A stretch of 31,612 nt of DNA from a virus (Duplodnaviria > Caudoviricetes), in the IMG/VR virus record IMGVR_UViG_3300014613_000070, positions 1-31,612 of that record; one strand, 5' to 3'. A model generated the notes under the pieces. That model did not search any database. It worked only from the letters and a program-made list of their open reading frames with translations, and was not told the origin of the DNA. The position numbers and the translations under genes were made by a program. This document shows, one piece after another, positions 1 through 9,071 of this stretch; the stretch's first letter is position 1, and each line of letters begins with the position of its first letter.

Positions 1-204
1 CGGGTGATTCCTCTGGATGCCAGAGCGAGAGCGGTATATATGCAGATGCAGAGCGAGGTCACCCACAAGATAATATTCGCCAAGGGGGCTGTCACTTTGA
101 CTCTGGGTAATAACCGAATCAATCATGGTAGCAAGACCTATGAACCTATGGAGCCTACACAGGATATCGGCAATTCTATGGTAGTTATGGTGAAGGAGAT
201 TTAA
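1..204 (+). CDS. Head-closure/head-tail joining protein, 5'-truncated by the window edge
   Basis: Open frame from the window start. Short beta-rich protein directly upstream of the HK97 gp10-like gene, the usual position of the head-closure gene. Confidence 0.5.
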   Translation, partial: RVIPLDARARAVYMQMQSEVTHKIIFAKGAVTLTLGNNRINHGSKTYEPMEPTQDIGNSMVVMVKEI

Positions 205-205
205 T

Positions 206-364
206 ATGGATATGGCGGACATAGAGAGACTAGGTAAGTTGATTGAGGCTATCCAATCAAAATTCCAATCTATGGACAAAGCAATTTTAGAATACCAGGA
301 AGCCACAAAGGAACTAAGAGAATTTCTTGAACTTAATAAGGAAGTCTTATGGGCATCGATGTAA
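206..364 (+). CDS. Small hypothetical coiled-coil protein (52 aa, MDMADIERLGKL...)
   Basis: AAGGAG SD upstream, ATG at 206, TAA at 362-364. Fills the gap between neighbours. Not in the ORF track. Confidence 0.55.
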   Translation: MDMADIERLGKLIEAIQSKFQSMDKAILEYQEATKELREFLELNKEVLWASM

Positions 365-762
365 CTTTCAAAAGCAATATACCTGAGCTAATGAAAAAGA
401 TAGATTCTACTTCTAGGGGAAGGATGCTGGAAGCTGTAATGGAAGTCCGCAATAAGACACTAGATACTCTAGCTGGCAACCGAACAGGTAGGACTTATTA
501 TGTTCCAGGCACTCATAAAACTTATACCGCCTCCTCTCCTGGAGAACCTCCTGCAGTAGCCACTGGAGAACTGAGGCAGTCTATTGCAGGCACAGTGGAG
601 AAAGAGGGCAGCCAAATTGTGGGCAGGGTAGGAACGGATACAAAGCAAGGTCTGATGACAGAGTTCGGCACTAAGAATATGGAACCTAGACCCTGGCTGA
701 GAAAGTCCTTTGAGGAATCAGAGTCAAAGGTAAAAGAGATATTTATGAGGTTATGGTTTTAG
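349..762 (+). CDS. HK97 gp10-like neck/tail-completion protein
   Basis: ASSPGEPPAVATGELRQSI and EFGTKNMEPRPWLRKSF motifs; position in the neck module. Confidence 0.85.
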   Translation: MGIDVTFKSNIPELMKKIDSTSRGRMLEAVMEVRNKTLDTLAGNRTGRTYYVPGTHKTYTASSPGEPPAVATGELRQSIAGTVEKEGSQIVGRVGTDTKQGLMTEFGTKNMEPRPWLRKSFEESESKVKEIFMRLWF

Positions 763-1191
763 ATGGACACACAGAAAAGCCTATTGACCTATTTATGGGG
801 CGTCTTGACCGGGGATACTGACCTAAAGACGGCTATGGGGGGTACAGTTCGTTGTTACCTTACCTGGGCGAAACCAGATGCCGAATTCCCTTATCTAGTA
901 CATCGGTTCGATAGCAGTTCAGGCGAACCATTTCCGAATAGAAGAGGGGCCTATTATCTGGACATTTGGAGTGATAGTTCCAATGCCGATGAGATTCTAG
1001 CTATAAGAGTGCTTATTATAGCATTGCTAGATGAGCTCCGGGCTAATACGACAGATGTCAAGAACATAAAATTAAGCCTACAAACAGATGGGTTTATTCC
1101 TGAAAGTGAGCAAGGGATATGGCATTATGCGATGCAATTTAATCTTAATTTATGGAGACAGACAGAAACGTTGGCGATAATTGGGAGGTAG
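763..1191 (+). CDS. Tail terminator protein (DUF3168/gp17-like)
   Basis: 142 aa between the gp10-like and major tail genes; FPYLV, LDIWS and GIWHYAMQF pattern. Confidence 0.7.
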   Translation: MDTQKSLLTYLWGVLTGDTDLKTAMGGTVRCYLTWAKPDAEFPYLVHRFDSSSGEPFPNRRGAYYLDIWSDSSNADEILAIRVLIIALLDELRANTTDVKNIKLSLQTDGFIPESEQGIWHYAMQFNLNLWRQTETLAIIGR

Positions 1192-1278
1192 GTTTCATGC
1201 GAAAGAGAAGATAAAGCCCTAGAAATCAATCCTGTGCGTTCTGGTAAGGGCGCAAATAAAGTTTGGAGGTAAAATACA

Positions 1279-1818
1279 ATGCAACACGGAATAGCTACTG
1301 ACTCTTATCAAAGAATCTTTATGGGGCCAGGTGCTGTTTACATAGGAGCCGACCAGGCAGCATTGCTAGGGGCGACAAAGGGCGGCAATATGCTCGAAAT
1401 TATCAGAACCTTCAGAGATATTCGACCTGATGGTGCTTTGGGTAAGGTCAAGAATTATCGTAAGAGGGAGAATGTCGAAGCCATTCTGACCGTTAGGCTT
1501 TATGAGGTTCAGATAGGTAACGTTGTTTATGCCCTGGCAGGTTCATCCAATTCAGAAGGCGTTATCACAGGTGGCGAAATCGTAGCTGCTACCTACATTT
1601 CAGAGGTATCTATCGTAGCCGAGATGACAGGGATTACTGAGGCTGTTGAGTATTCAAGCGTGCAAATTGCTTTAACTAATTGTCTTGTTGAGGGACCTTT
1701 CGCATTGAATCTTCCGGAATCAGGTGAGGCTGTCCTGGAGTTAAAGTTCCATGCGCACTTCGACCCTGCCGCTCTGACCACTGAACCCTGGGAGATCACA
1801 TTCGTTCACGCATCTTAA
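1279..1818 (+). CDS. Major tail tube protein
   Basis: GPGAVY...LGATKGG N-terminus typical of siphovirus tube proteins; strong GGAGG SD; synteny. Confidence 0.8.
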   Translation: MQHGIATDSYQRIFMGPGAVYIGADQAALLGATKGGNMLEIIRTFRDIRPDGALGKVKNYRKRENVEAILTVRLYEVQIGNVVYALAGSSNSEGVITGGEIVAATYISEVSIVAEMTGITEAVEYSSVQIALTNCLVEGPFALNLPESGEAVLELKFHAHFDPAALTTEPWEITFVHAS

Positions 1819-1829
1819 AGGTGGTGTAT

Positions 1830-2312
1830 ATGTCGGAGATAACAGCTAAGGAGGCGATAGCGCGGGCTGAGAATATACGAAAACATATTAGCGTCTTCGG
1901 TTCTCTGCCCGTGCAGGTTTTCATTGTTCACGCAATAAAGGCACCCCTGTGTAAAATTCTGAGGCGGGTGTTGGATGGACCTATCGGGCTGGTCGAACTA
2001 ATCCGCATCTTGCTTGAACTAAGAAGGATAAGGGATAGGATACTCCTTAAATTGCCAGAGCCGGTCAAAGATAACACATGTTACCCTAATACCCACATTC
2101 TCATAGATGTCTTTGGCGAATTTTTCGAGCGGTTACAATTGCCCTCACGGGGAAAGGAATTGAAGGCGATATGCAAATCCATTGAAATCATATATGAATT
2201 CGACCCACCTTATCGCTTCCTGATAAATCGCTTGATTGAACTCTGGCTAGAGAGACAGGACGAATGGGTTTGGTACGACGAAGAGAAATCATCAAGATAC
2301 TGGAAACCATGA
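1830..2312 (+). CDS. Hypothetical protein inserted in the tail operon
   Basis: ORF with GGTGGTG SD before ATG 1830; no recognisable family. Confidence 0.7.
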   Translation: MSEITAKEAIARAENIRKHISVFGSLPVQVFIVHAIKAPLCKILRRVLDGPIGLVELIRILLELRRIRDRILLKLPEPVKDNTCYPNTHILIDVFGEFFERLQLPSRGKELKAICKSIEIIYEFDPPYRFLINRLIELWLERQDEWVWYDEEKSSRYWKP

Positions 2313-2323
2313 AGGAGGATAAT

Positions 2324-2512
2324 ATGGAAGAGCAGAAGGAGAAAGATTTAACTACAAAGCAGTGTTGGATTATTGGATTAGTAGTAGCTATCATAGTAAC
2401 AGGCTTTGTAACTATGCTAAGTAGCTTCGGCGTAGGTATTCTCATAGGTATCCCAGTAGGCATCGCAGTAGCTTGCGGAGCATCTGGAATTAGCGCCAAA
2501 GCAAGGAAATGA
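2324..2512 (+). CDS. Small two-TM membrane protein
   Basis: AAGGAGG SD at 2312-2318; two hydrophobic segments and a basic C-terminus. Confidence 0.7.
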   Translation: MEEQKEKDLTTKQCWIIGLVVAIIVTGFVTMLSSFGVGILIGIPVGIAVACGASGISAKARK

Positions 2513-2525
2513 GAAGGGGGACAAT

Positions 2526-2867
2526 ATGGATATCGAGATTCGGGAATTAAATGTTGGTGATGTATTCACCGTAGCTCGGATGCTTGGCAAGATAACTAAA
2601 GGGGCGAGGCTTCAACTAGCCTCCGTACTAACGGGTAAGAAAGTCAATCCTACCGAAATGGGTATGGTGCTATTCCAGAGTCTCGTTACTGAAGCTGAGG
2701 GGGACCTCAAGGCATGGATGGCAAACTTAGTTGGTAAAGAGATAACCGAGTTTGAAGCAATGTCAGCTACGACAGTACTTGATGTCATTGAAAAGTTAAT
2801 TAAACAGGAAGGGATCAAGGATTTTTTCGGCAGAGCCTCATCGCTAATGAGCAACCTACCAGGATAG
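2526..2867 (+). CDS. Tail assembly chaperone (lambda gpG analogue)
   Basis: Upstream of the tape measure gene; slippery heptamer near its 3' end. Confidence 0.8.
   Translation: MDIEIRELNVGDVFTVARMLGKITKGARLQLASVLTGKKVNPTEMGMVLFQSLVTEAEGDLKAWMANLVGKEITEFEAMSATTVLDVIEKLIKQEGIKDFFGRASSLMSNLPG
2822..2828 (+). other. -1 programmed ribosomal frameshift site T TTT TTC
   Basis: In-frame GAT TTT TTC. The -1 frame is open from 2804 to 3199 (RQSLIANEQPTRIAEVFDLIQSRYGWTDEVV...), giving a gpGT-like fusion. Confidence 0.8.
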
Positions 2868-3199
2868 CGGAGGTTTTTGATTTAATTCAAAGCAGATATG
2901 GCTGGACAGACGAGGTGGTAAATAACCTGTCATTCAGTCGCTTCTCGCAGTTACGGAGGTTGCTAACTGAAGCAAAGCAAGAGGAAGGCAAGGAGAAGCT
3001 TATACTATCTGCTTTCATAGGGTGGCAGATGGGCGCAGGTGCCGGGAAGAAGTTCGGGGAATACTTGGAAGATTTGGGCTTGTCAGATAAAAAGACCCCA
3101 CAGGAAACAAAATTGACTGCTAAAGAGGCAATCGCTAAGGCTGAGAGAATTAAGGCTGCGATAGCTAAGAAGAGGGACGAGGAAAAGGGTAAGGCGTAA
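2828..3199 (+). CDS. Tail assembly chaperone frameshift extension (gpT analogue)
   Basis: -1 frame relative to 2526..2867; YGWT motif; no good SD of its own; ends at the tape measure start. Confidence 0.75.
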   Translation, partial: RQSLIANEQPTRIAEVFDLIQSRYGWTDEVVNNLSFSRFSQLRRLLTEAKQEEGKEKLILSAFIGWQMGAGAGKKFGEYLEDLGLSDKKTPQETKLTAKEAIAKAERIKAAIAKKRDEEKGKA

Positions 3200-5358
3200 T
3201 GGATGTTTTTTCGCTTGTCGGGAGAATGACTTTAGACGGGACTGATAAAGTTAATCAGCAGCTATCTGGACTTGAGAAGAATGTTGATAAAGTCCAGAAG
3301 GGGCTGAAGATTGCTGGAGCAGCCTTTACGGCTGTGGGAGCTGCTGGGTTGGCCATGATACAGTCTACCAAGGCGATAAACGCACATCTCGGCGTGACAG
3401 CGCTTAATCTAGGTATTACTGTCAAGGAGATGCGAGATTTAACATTGGCGACTACCAATGTTACTTTTCCGATAGATGAGGTCACAGCATCCTTTGACTT
3501 GTTAGCACGTGCCGGGGTTAAAGACACGGAAGTCTTAAAGGCTACGGCTACAGCGTTTGACACGCTGGGCGATGCTATTGGTATGAGTGCTAGTCAGGTG
3601 ACTGACATAATGGCACCTGCCATGAAGACATTCAGGTTGTCAGCAGAGGAGATGGCGAGTAAAACAGACCTGATAACTTATATGACAAGGAACAGTACCT
3701 CAACGCTGGAGGACTTCAACACAATGGTTGGGTATACAGACCAAGAGATGGTAGATGCTGGACTCTCTATGGAAGACATGACTGCAGCCATGATGTACAT
3801 GGCTGATGAAGGTGTATTGCCTGGAAAGGTCATGCTCAAGGAGTGGAACAAGGCGGTTACCCAGTCAAAGAAAGAGGGCATCTCCATGACAGAAGCCCTG
3901 GGCATGACTAGCGAAGAGTTAGAAAGGTATAAAGAAGGTCTCGCTGGGGCTACTGGCCTTACCCAACAACTCGCTGACATACAGAATGAGCAGTATACTA
4001 TCATAGACAAGCTTAAGGCTAAGTTCAGCGAGCTGACCCTAGGAGCCAGTGGGTTCCTGGAACCGCTTGAACCGATGCTGGCCGGTATGACTGCTCTTGG
4101 CCCATTGATGATAGGATTATCCACTTCAGCGGGGACTGCTGCTATCAAGTGGGGTCTCCATACAACTGCCTTAATAGCTCACAAAGTAGCATCATTTGCC
4201 TCAGCAGTGGCCATCAAAGCAGTTACAGCCGCTCAGTGGCTTTGGAACGCCGCTATGACAGCAAATCCCATTGGGCTAATCATTGTAGGTATAGGTGCTC
4301 TTATCGCTGCTGGTATCCTTTTGTGGAAGAATTGGGATAAAGTAATAGATTTCTTTGAGAAGGCTTGGACAAATATCAAAATCTTTTTCCTCGAAGGTGT
4401 GCAGAATATATTGGAAAGCCTCTCTACCTTTACCCGATTCATACCCGGACTCAATAAACTTGTTGATTCGGCCAAAGATAAGATTGCCGAAATGATAGAA
4501 GCAGAGAAGATTGAAGAGGATGTCAGGGCAGTAGAGAGGGCTTTGGAAGATGTAGAAACAGCCCTTGAAGATACTGCGGAAATAATTGCGGAGCATAGCG
4601 AGGCTACAGATATTGATACAATAGCTCTTGAAGATAATACAGAGCAATTAGTATTACAAAGGGAGGAATTAGAGAAGGAGCTGGAGGCGCGTAAAACCTT
4701 ACTAGCGCACATAGAGGATACAAGAAGGGCTTATGAGTATGAACGGAGTGCAGCGGGCAGGTTAAGAATATCAGTTAAGGATGTTCAGTTTGCCTTCTTT
4801 GATTTAGGTGGCACTCAGGAAGAGCTTATAGGATATTCAGAGCGTCTAGGTGATGAGGTAGATAATGTCAATGAATGGTTAAAAATATTAAATTTAACTG
4901 CTGAAGATGTCAATTTTGTTTTAAATGAACAGACGGAAGCTATTGATAAGACAACTGAGGCATATAAAAGGCAGGCAGAAGCTGCCGCCGAATCTGCCGC
5001 ACAGCAGGCGAAAATAGACCCTGACTTTGGGGCTGGTAAGATTGAGGCCGGTATGTCCCCATACCAAATTGCTTTTTCTAGGGGATATGACTGGGAGAAC
5101 TTAACCCCTCGCCAATATGAAGAGGTTCATGGTTTTCAACAGGGCGGTTTAATCACCGAACCCACATTACTTACTAGGGTAGGCAGTTCTATCCCATACG
5201 GTATTATGGCAGAGAAGAGACCGGAGTATATTTCTCCAGGTATCCCATCTTTCAGCATCAATATCGCCGAAATGAATGTCAGAAACGACCGGGATATTGA
5301 CTTAGTAGCAGAGCGAATAGTCAGTAAGATAAGGCTTAAAACTGGGGTTAAAGTATGA
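3199..5358 (+). CDS. Tail tape measure protein (719 aa)
   Basis: Long Ala-rich helical protein with AAQWLWNAAMTANPIGLII and LLWKNWDKV motifs and a C-terminal GFQQGGLITEPT. Confidence 0.92.
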   Translation: MDVFSLVGRMTLDGTDKVNQQLSGLEKNVDKVQKGLKIAGAAFTAVGAAGLAMIQSTKAINAHLGVTALNLGITVKEMRDLTLATTNVTFPIDEVTASFDLLARAGVKDTEVLKATATAFDTLGDAIGMSASQVTDIMAPAMKTFRLSAEEMASKTDLITYMTRNSTSTLEDFNTMVGYTDQEMVDAGLSMEDMTAAMMYMADEGVLPGKVMLKEWNKAVTQSKKEGISMTEALGMTSEELERYKEGLAGATGLTQQLADIQNEQYTIIDKLKAKFSELTLGASGFLEPLEPMLAGMTALGPLMIGLSTSAGTAAIKWGLHTTALIAHKVASFASAVAIKAVTAAQWLWNAAMTANPIGLIIVGIGALIAAGILLWKNWDKVIDFFEKAWTNIKIFFLEGVQNILESLSTFTRFIPGLNKLVDSAKDKIAEMIEAEKIEEDVRAVERALEDVETALEDTAEIIAEHSEATDIDTIALEDNTEQLVLQREELEKELEARKTLLAHIEDTRRAYEYERSAAGRLRISVKDVQFAFFDLGGTQEELIGYSERLGDEVDNVNEWLKILNLTAEDVNFVLNEQTEAIDKTTEAYKRQAEAAAESAAQQAKIDPDFGAGKIEAGMSPYQIAFSRGYDWENLTPRQYEEVHGFQQGGLITEPTLLTRVGSSIPYGIMAEKRPEYISPGIPSFSINIAEMNVRNDRDIDLVAERIVSKIRLKTGVKV

Positions 5359-6899
5359 GCGCTTGCACAGCAGAGATTGATAGTGTGGAGGTTGTTGCCG
5401 AGCAGGGGAGCATCCAAATTGATAAGAGAATAGAAGAGCGAAGCACAGCCAATTTCACTGTGCTTGATTTAGCATCTTCTGGCGCCTATGTTCGGGGTAT
5501 GCCAGTCCAGATAACTGACCCTGATTCAACTTTGATATTTGCCGGCTTTATTGATAACCCAGGCAGGCAGCGGATGTCTCCATCGGTAGGACTTGTTTGG
5601 GATATGACCTGCATGGATAACCATTACCTAGCCGATAAGAGGCTGGTGGTGAAATCCTATACGGACAAAACTCTTGCCTACATTGTCAATGATATATGGA
5701 CTGATTATCTGGATGCTGAGGGAATCACCATCGGGGAATTTCAAACGGGTCCAACCATTGAGTCGGCTATATTCAATTATGTCAAAGTATCAGACGCCTT
5801 CGATTCGCTCAAGGAAATATCAGGCTTAACCTGGTATATTGATGAAAATAAGGCTCTTTATTTTATTGACCGGGCGACTAATGCGGCATCTTGGGATTTA
5901 GATAATTCGACTTATAAACCTATAGGGAAGCCATACCTTTCGACTGGCAATCCTCTTTATCGCACTAGGCAATATATGCGAGGCGGTAAGGGCTTGACTT
6001 CCGAGCAGACGGAAGTCTTTATTGGTGATGGGACGCTGCAATCGTTTGCCCTCGGTTATCCCTGCGCTCTAGTACCGACAAGCATTACGGATTCCGTTCT
6101 CGGCGCTGGCACTATTGGGATTAAGGGGAGAGATACCGGGAAAGATTACTACTGGAGTAAGGGTGATTCGGTTATCTATTGCGAGATAGCTCCGGTCGCT
6201 GCCCGGACTTTGACGGTTGTTTATTATGGGCAATACCCCTTAATAGTATTGGCAACCAATTATGAAGCTCAGGCCACTCGGCAAGGAATCGAAGGTGGTA
6301 CTGGCATTGTTGAGGAGATAGTAACAGAGACACAACATGAATCAGCCGATGCCATGAGGGAATCAGCGAGAACCAAGCTGTTGCTTTACTGCCAGGAAGC
6401 GGAGAGGTTTGTCTATCAGACTCAGGATAGTGGGTTATCCCCAGGGCAATTGCAGAAGATAACCTATTCGCCATTCGGTTTCTCTGCCCATGAAATGTTA
6501 ATAGAATCTATATCGATAACTGCCGATGGTGACGAACTCATTTATACTGTGACCTGCATCACCGGGCCGGTAATGGGTAGTTGGGCGAAGTTCTTTTCTA
6601 ATATCTTAACCAGGCAAGATAAGACCATTAAAATAGGCGATGGCTTATTACTTATTCTTTTACAGCAAAGCGAGACCTTGGAATTAACAGAAGTCACGGC
6701 AATTGATGAGGATGAGTTTGCCGTAAGTGGGCAAGTGAATCGATGGCTTAATGCAGCCCCGATAGATGCTGGCTCTATTTACAATATTGAGCATGAAAGG
6801 CTTGAAATGACCGAGGTAACATCAGAAGCCACTCATCTTACCGAGGATTATAATTGGGATGATGCCGATATGCTCTGGGGATTCTTTACTTGGGCCTGA
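5355..6899 (+). CDS. Tail tip/hub protein (514 aa)
   Basis: Immediately after the tape measure; WYIDENKALYF hub-like motif; acidic and beta-rich. Confidence 0.7.
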   Translation: MSACTAEIDSVEVVAEQGSIQIDKRIEERSTANFTVLDLASSGAYVRGMPVQITDPDSTLIFAGFIDNPGRQRMSPSVGLVWDMTCMDNHYLADKRLVVKSYTDKTLAYIVNDIWTDYLDAEGITIGEFQTGPTIESAIFNYVKVSDAFDSLKEISGLTWYIDENKALYFIDRATNAASWDLDNSTYKPIGKPYLSTGNPLYRTRQYMRGGKGLTSEQTEVFIGDGTLQSFALGYPCALVPTSITDSVLGAGTIGIKGRDTGKDYYWSKGDSVIYCEIAPVAARTLTVVYYGQYPLIVLATNYEAQATRQGIEGGTGIVEEIVTETQHESADAMRESARTKLLLYCQEAERFVYQTQDSGLSPGQLQKITYSPFGFSAHEMLIESISITADGDELIYTVTCITGPVMGSWAKFFSNILTRQDKTIKIGDGLLLILLQQSETLELTEVTAIDEDEFAVSGQVNRWLNAAPIDAGSIYNIEHERLEMTEVTSEATHLTEDYNWDDADMLWGFFTWA

Positions 6900-6911
6900 T
6901 AGGAGAAAGAA

Positions 6912-7433
6912 ATGGAATTGATTAAGAAAAACAAGATTGAAATTACAGGCAAGGGTATTCTCACCGCCACTAAAGCAGGCACACGGAAGTTTGACAAAAA
7001 CGGGAAGATGATTGACCCCGGGGAAATAGTAACTGTTATCGAAACGCCTAACATTATCTGTAATGAGGGCTTGCTTCTTGTGGCTGGCTTTTTAATAGAC
7101 GAATCAGCCGTCTATAATACCGGACTAACCTACTGCGAAATAGGAACGGATGGTACTGCGCCAGCAGCAGGCGATACCACGCTTACTGCATTTCACCACA
7201 GAAATGCAGTAACAAACGACTCTAGGAGTAGTTATGCGGATACCTTCTCCACTTTCTTCACCGCAGCAGAGTCAACCGCTGCCATAGAAGAAGCTGGTAT
7301 CTGGGGTGGTGGAGATGCAGCAGCAGGAGAAGCAACAGGACTTTTATTCGCTCATTGGTTAGCTAGCTTTTCTAATGTTGGCGGTTTATATGACATTACG
7401 ATAACTTACGTCTTGACGGTAACGAGAGGGTAA
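6912..7433 (+). CDS. Baseplate/tail-fibre attachment protein
   Basis: NIICNEG, IGTDGTAPAAGDTTL and IEEAGIW...LFAH pattern seen in tail-fibre-proximal proteins. Confidence 0.6.
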   Translation: MELIKKNKIEITGKGILTATKAGTRKFDKNGKMIDPGEIVTVIETPNIICNEGLLLVAGFLIDESAVYNTGLTYCEIGTDGTAPAAGDTTLTAFHHRNAVTNDSRSSYADTFSTFFTAAESTAAIEEAGIWGGGDAAAGEATGLLFAHWLASFSNVGGLYDITITYVLTVTRG

Positions 7434-7434
7434 T

Positions 7435-7791
7435 ATGGCAATAGCAACAGGTGAACAAGCATTAGCAGCGGATATAATGGCATTGTTCGAAAAGGTGGCG
7501 ATGCCTTTTTGGGGAACCATTGCCCAAATCCATCCGGATTTCCTAATATGCGATGGTAACAATGGCACCCCTAATCTGCTAGCTCGATTTATCCAGGGAG
7601 TAGCTACTGCGGCGACTGACCCTGGTGCTACGGGTGGCGCAACCAGTAAAAACGCTGAGGACAGAGCGTATGTTAATCGTGGTTTTACTGACGCTCAATC
7701 TGGAGGTTATGATAAGTATGATACCACAATAACAATCTCCGATATCCGTCCGTTATTCTATGACGTGGCGTTTATCACTTATTTAGCTTAG
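7435..7791 (+). CDS. Short tail fibre with tail-collar domain
   Basis: FLICDGNNGTPNLLARFIQG...GATGG...RPLFYDVAFI is the tail-collar signature. Confidence 0.75.
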   Translation: MAIATGEQALAADIMALFEKVAMPFWGTIAQIHPDFLICDGNNGTPNLLARFIQGVATAATDPGATGGATSKNAEDRAYVNRGFTDAQSGGYDKYDTTITISDIRPLFYDVAFITYLA

Positions 7792-7801
7792 GAGGGATAA
7801 A

Positions 7802-8143
7802 ATGGTTACTGGGAGATATTGCTACAGATGTAAGGAACAGCTTACCGAGAAAAGACCAATTTCCAAATACGTTGACTATGTCATAGCAAAGGACATTACC
7901 GCAACAAATGAGGAAAATGTTCTTATTGCACTTATGCACAATCAAGGCACGCTAAAAAAACTAGAGGCAAAAGAACCGATAATGGATGACGAATACACTC
8001 GCACTCCGTTCATTGATACCTTGGAAAATGTTGCCAAGGTGGTGACAGAACTTCAGAAGGAGATTGTCCAAGGGACAGGACTTGTCTGCCCGAAGTGCTA
8101 CAGAGATACCGATACTGTAATCTGGGGTGTGCATAAGACATGA
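7802..8143 (+). CDS. Hypothetical protein with split CxxC...CxxC zinc site
   Basis: CYRC near the N-terminus and CPKC near the C-terminus; GGAGG SD. Confidence 0.7.
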   Translation: MVTGRYCYRCKEQLTEKRPISKYVDYVIAKDITATNEENVLIALMHNQGTLKKLEAKEPIMDDEYTRTPFIDTLENVAKVVTELQKEIVQGTGLVCPKCYRDTDTVIWGVHKT

Positions 8144-8664
8144 GAATTCCAATCAGTGCCTTGAGACCTGGCGACCCCATACTAGACAAGGGCAAAGGCC
8201 CCATATTTATTATCCTATCCTTTATCCTAGGATTATTTGATAAAAACTGGAGGCAGCGCAAGTGGAAGCCTTGGCACATGAAAACCGCTATCCGAAAAGT
8301 CAAAGATGGTTGGTTCGTGATTGAAGCACTTGCCGGCGGCGTTCAGGGTAACCTATATACCCTAGAGGAGCTGACAGCTAATTCAAGGGCATATCGGTGG
8401 TGTGATGAGCCTTCAAGGGCACAGATAAAAGCTTTCAAGGAGAAATATGTGGGCTATCCGTATGATGTGACAGCCTATTTTGGCACTGTCTTTGGTTACC
8501 TTTTCCAAAAGATAACTGGTAAGTCCTTCCGGATTATTGACCAGGAGCATACCTGCTGGGAGAATGGCTGTGCAGCTCAAAGGATGTTCGGCAATGAGCT
8601 CCAGCCTAATGAAGAATACCCTGTTATCTCTGAGATTGTAAATAGGTTGGAGGCGTCAAAATGA
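8140..8664 (+). CDS. Permuted papain-like (YaeF/YiiX-type NlpC/P60) peptidase/amidase, probable lysin
   Basis: LRPGD, WH, VIEA..GV, GYPYD and CWE motifs with His before Cys; directly upstream of a holin-like gene. Confidence 0.7.
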   Translation: MRIPISALRPGDPILDKGKGPIFIILSFILGLFDKNWRQRKWKPWHMKTAIRKVKDGWFVIEALAGGVQGNLYTLEELTANSRAYRWCDEPSRAQIKAFKEKYVGYPYDVTAYFGTVFGYLFQKITGKSFRIIDQEHTCWENGCAAQRMFGNELQPNEEYPVISEIVNRLEASK

Positions 8665-8891
8665 TAGAATTCTTGCAGTGGATAGGTGCAGTTGGTGGGG
8701 TAGGCGCTGTCTTTGCTGTCCTGATGTTCTTTGTCTATCGCCAGACAATCAAACAGATGCGCGAGGACAGGAAGTATATGGAGGAAAGAATGGCTAGCCT
8801 CACTACCGACTATAACAATACTACCAAAGATAACACTAAAGTGCTGACAGAATTGTTTACTTGGCTCAAGGCCAGGAATGGCACCCACTAA
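8661..8891 (+). CDS. Holin-like protein (BhlA/UviB-like topology)
   Basis: One N-terminal TM segment followed by a coiled coil; last gene of the late operon. Confidence 0.65.
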   Translation: MIEFLQWIGAVGGVGAVFAVLMFFVYRQTIKQMREDRKYMEERMASLTTDYNNTTKDNTKVLTELFTWLKARNGTH

Positions 8892-8959
8892 TTACCATCC
8901 TTACCCTTCTGAGAACGCACAGGATGAGATTTTAAGCCACTATAAGTCTATTTAAGAAT

Positions 8960-9001
8960 AATCCCCCTTTAACGAAAAAGTTAGGGGGGGGTTCCTTTTT
9001 T
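8960..9001 (+). terminator. Rho-independent terminator ending the late operon
   Basis: AATCCCCCTTTAAC-GAAAAA-GTTAGGGGGGGGTT stem (with G-U pairs) followed by CCTTTTTT. Confidence 0.85.
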
Positions 9002-9036
9002 GTCTAAAAATAATGCTAAATTGCTTGTTTATGGGG

Positions 9037-9065
9037 TTGACAGACTAGGCGTTTCGTGGTATTAT
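9037..9065 (+). promoter_or_regulatory. Sigma70-type early promoter, leaderless
   Basis: TTGACA (9037-42), 17 bp, TG-extended TATTAT (9060-65); predicted +1 falls on ATG 9072. Confidence 0.8.
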
Positions 9066-9071
9066 GCCTAT

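Noticed and set aside
7435-7791. Diversity-generating retroelement target
   Set aside because: No reverse transcriptase and no second adenine-variant copy seen in the window.
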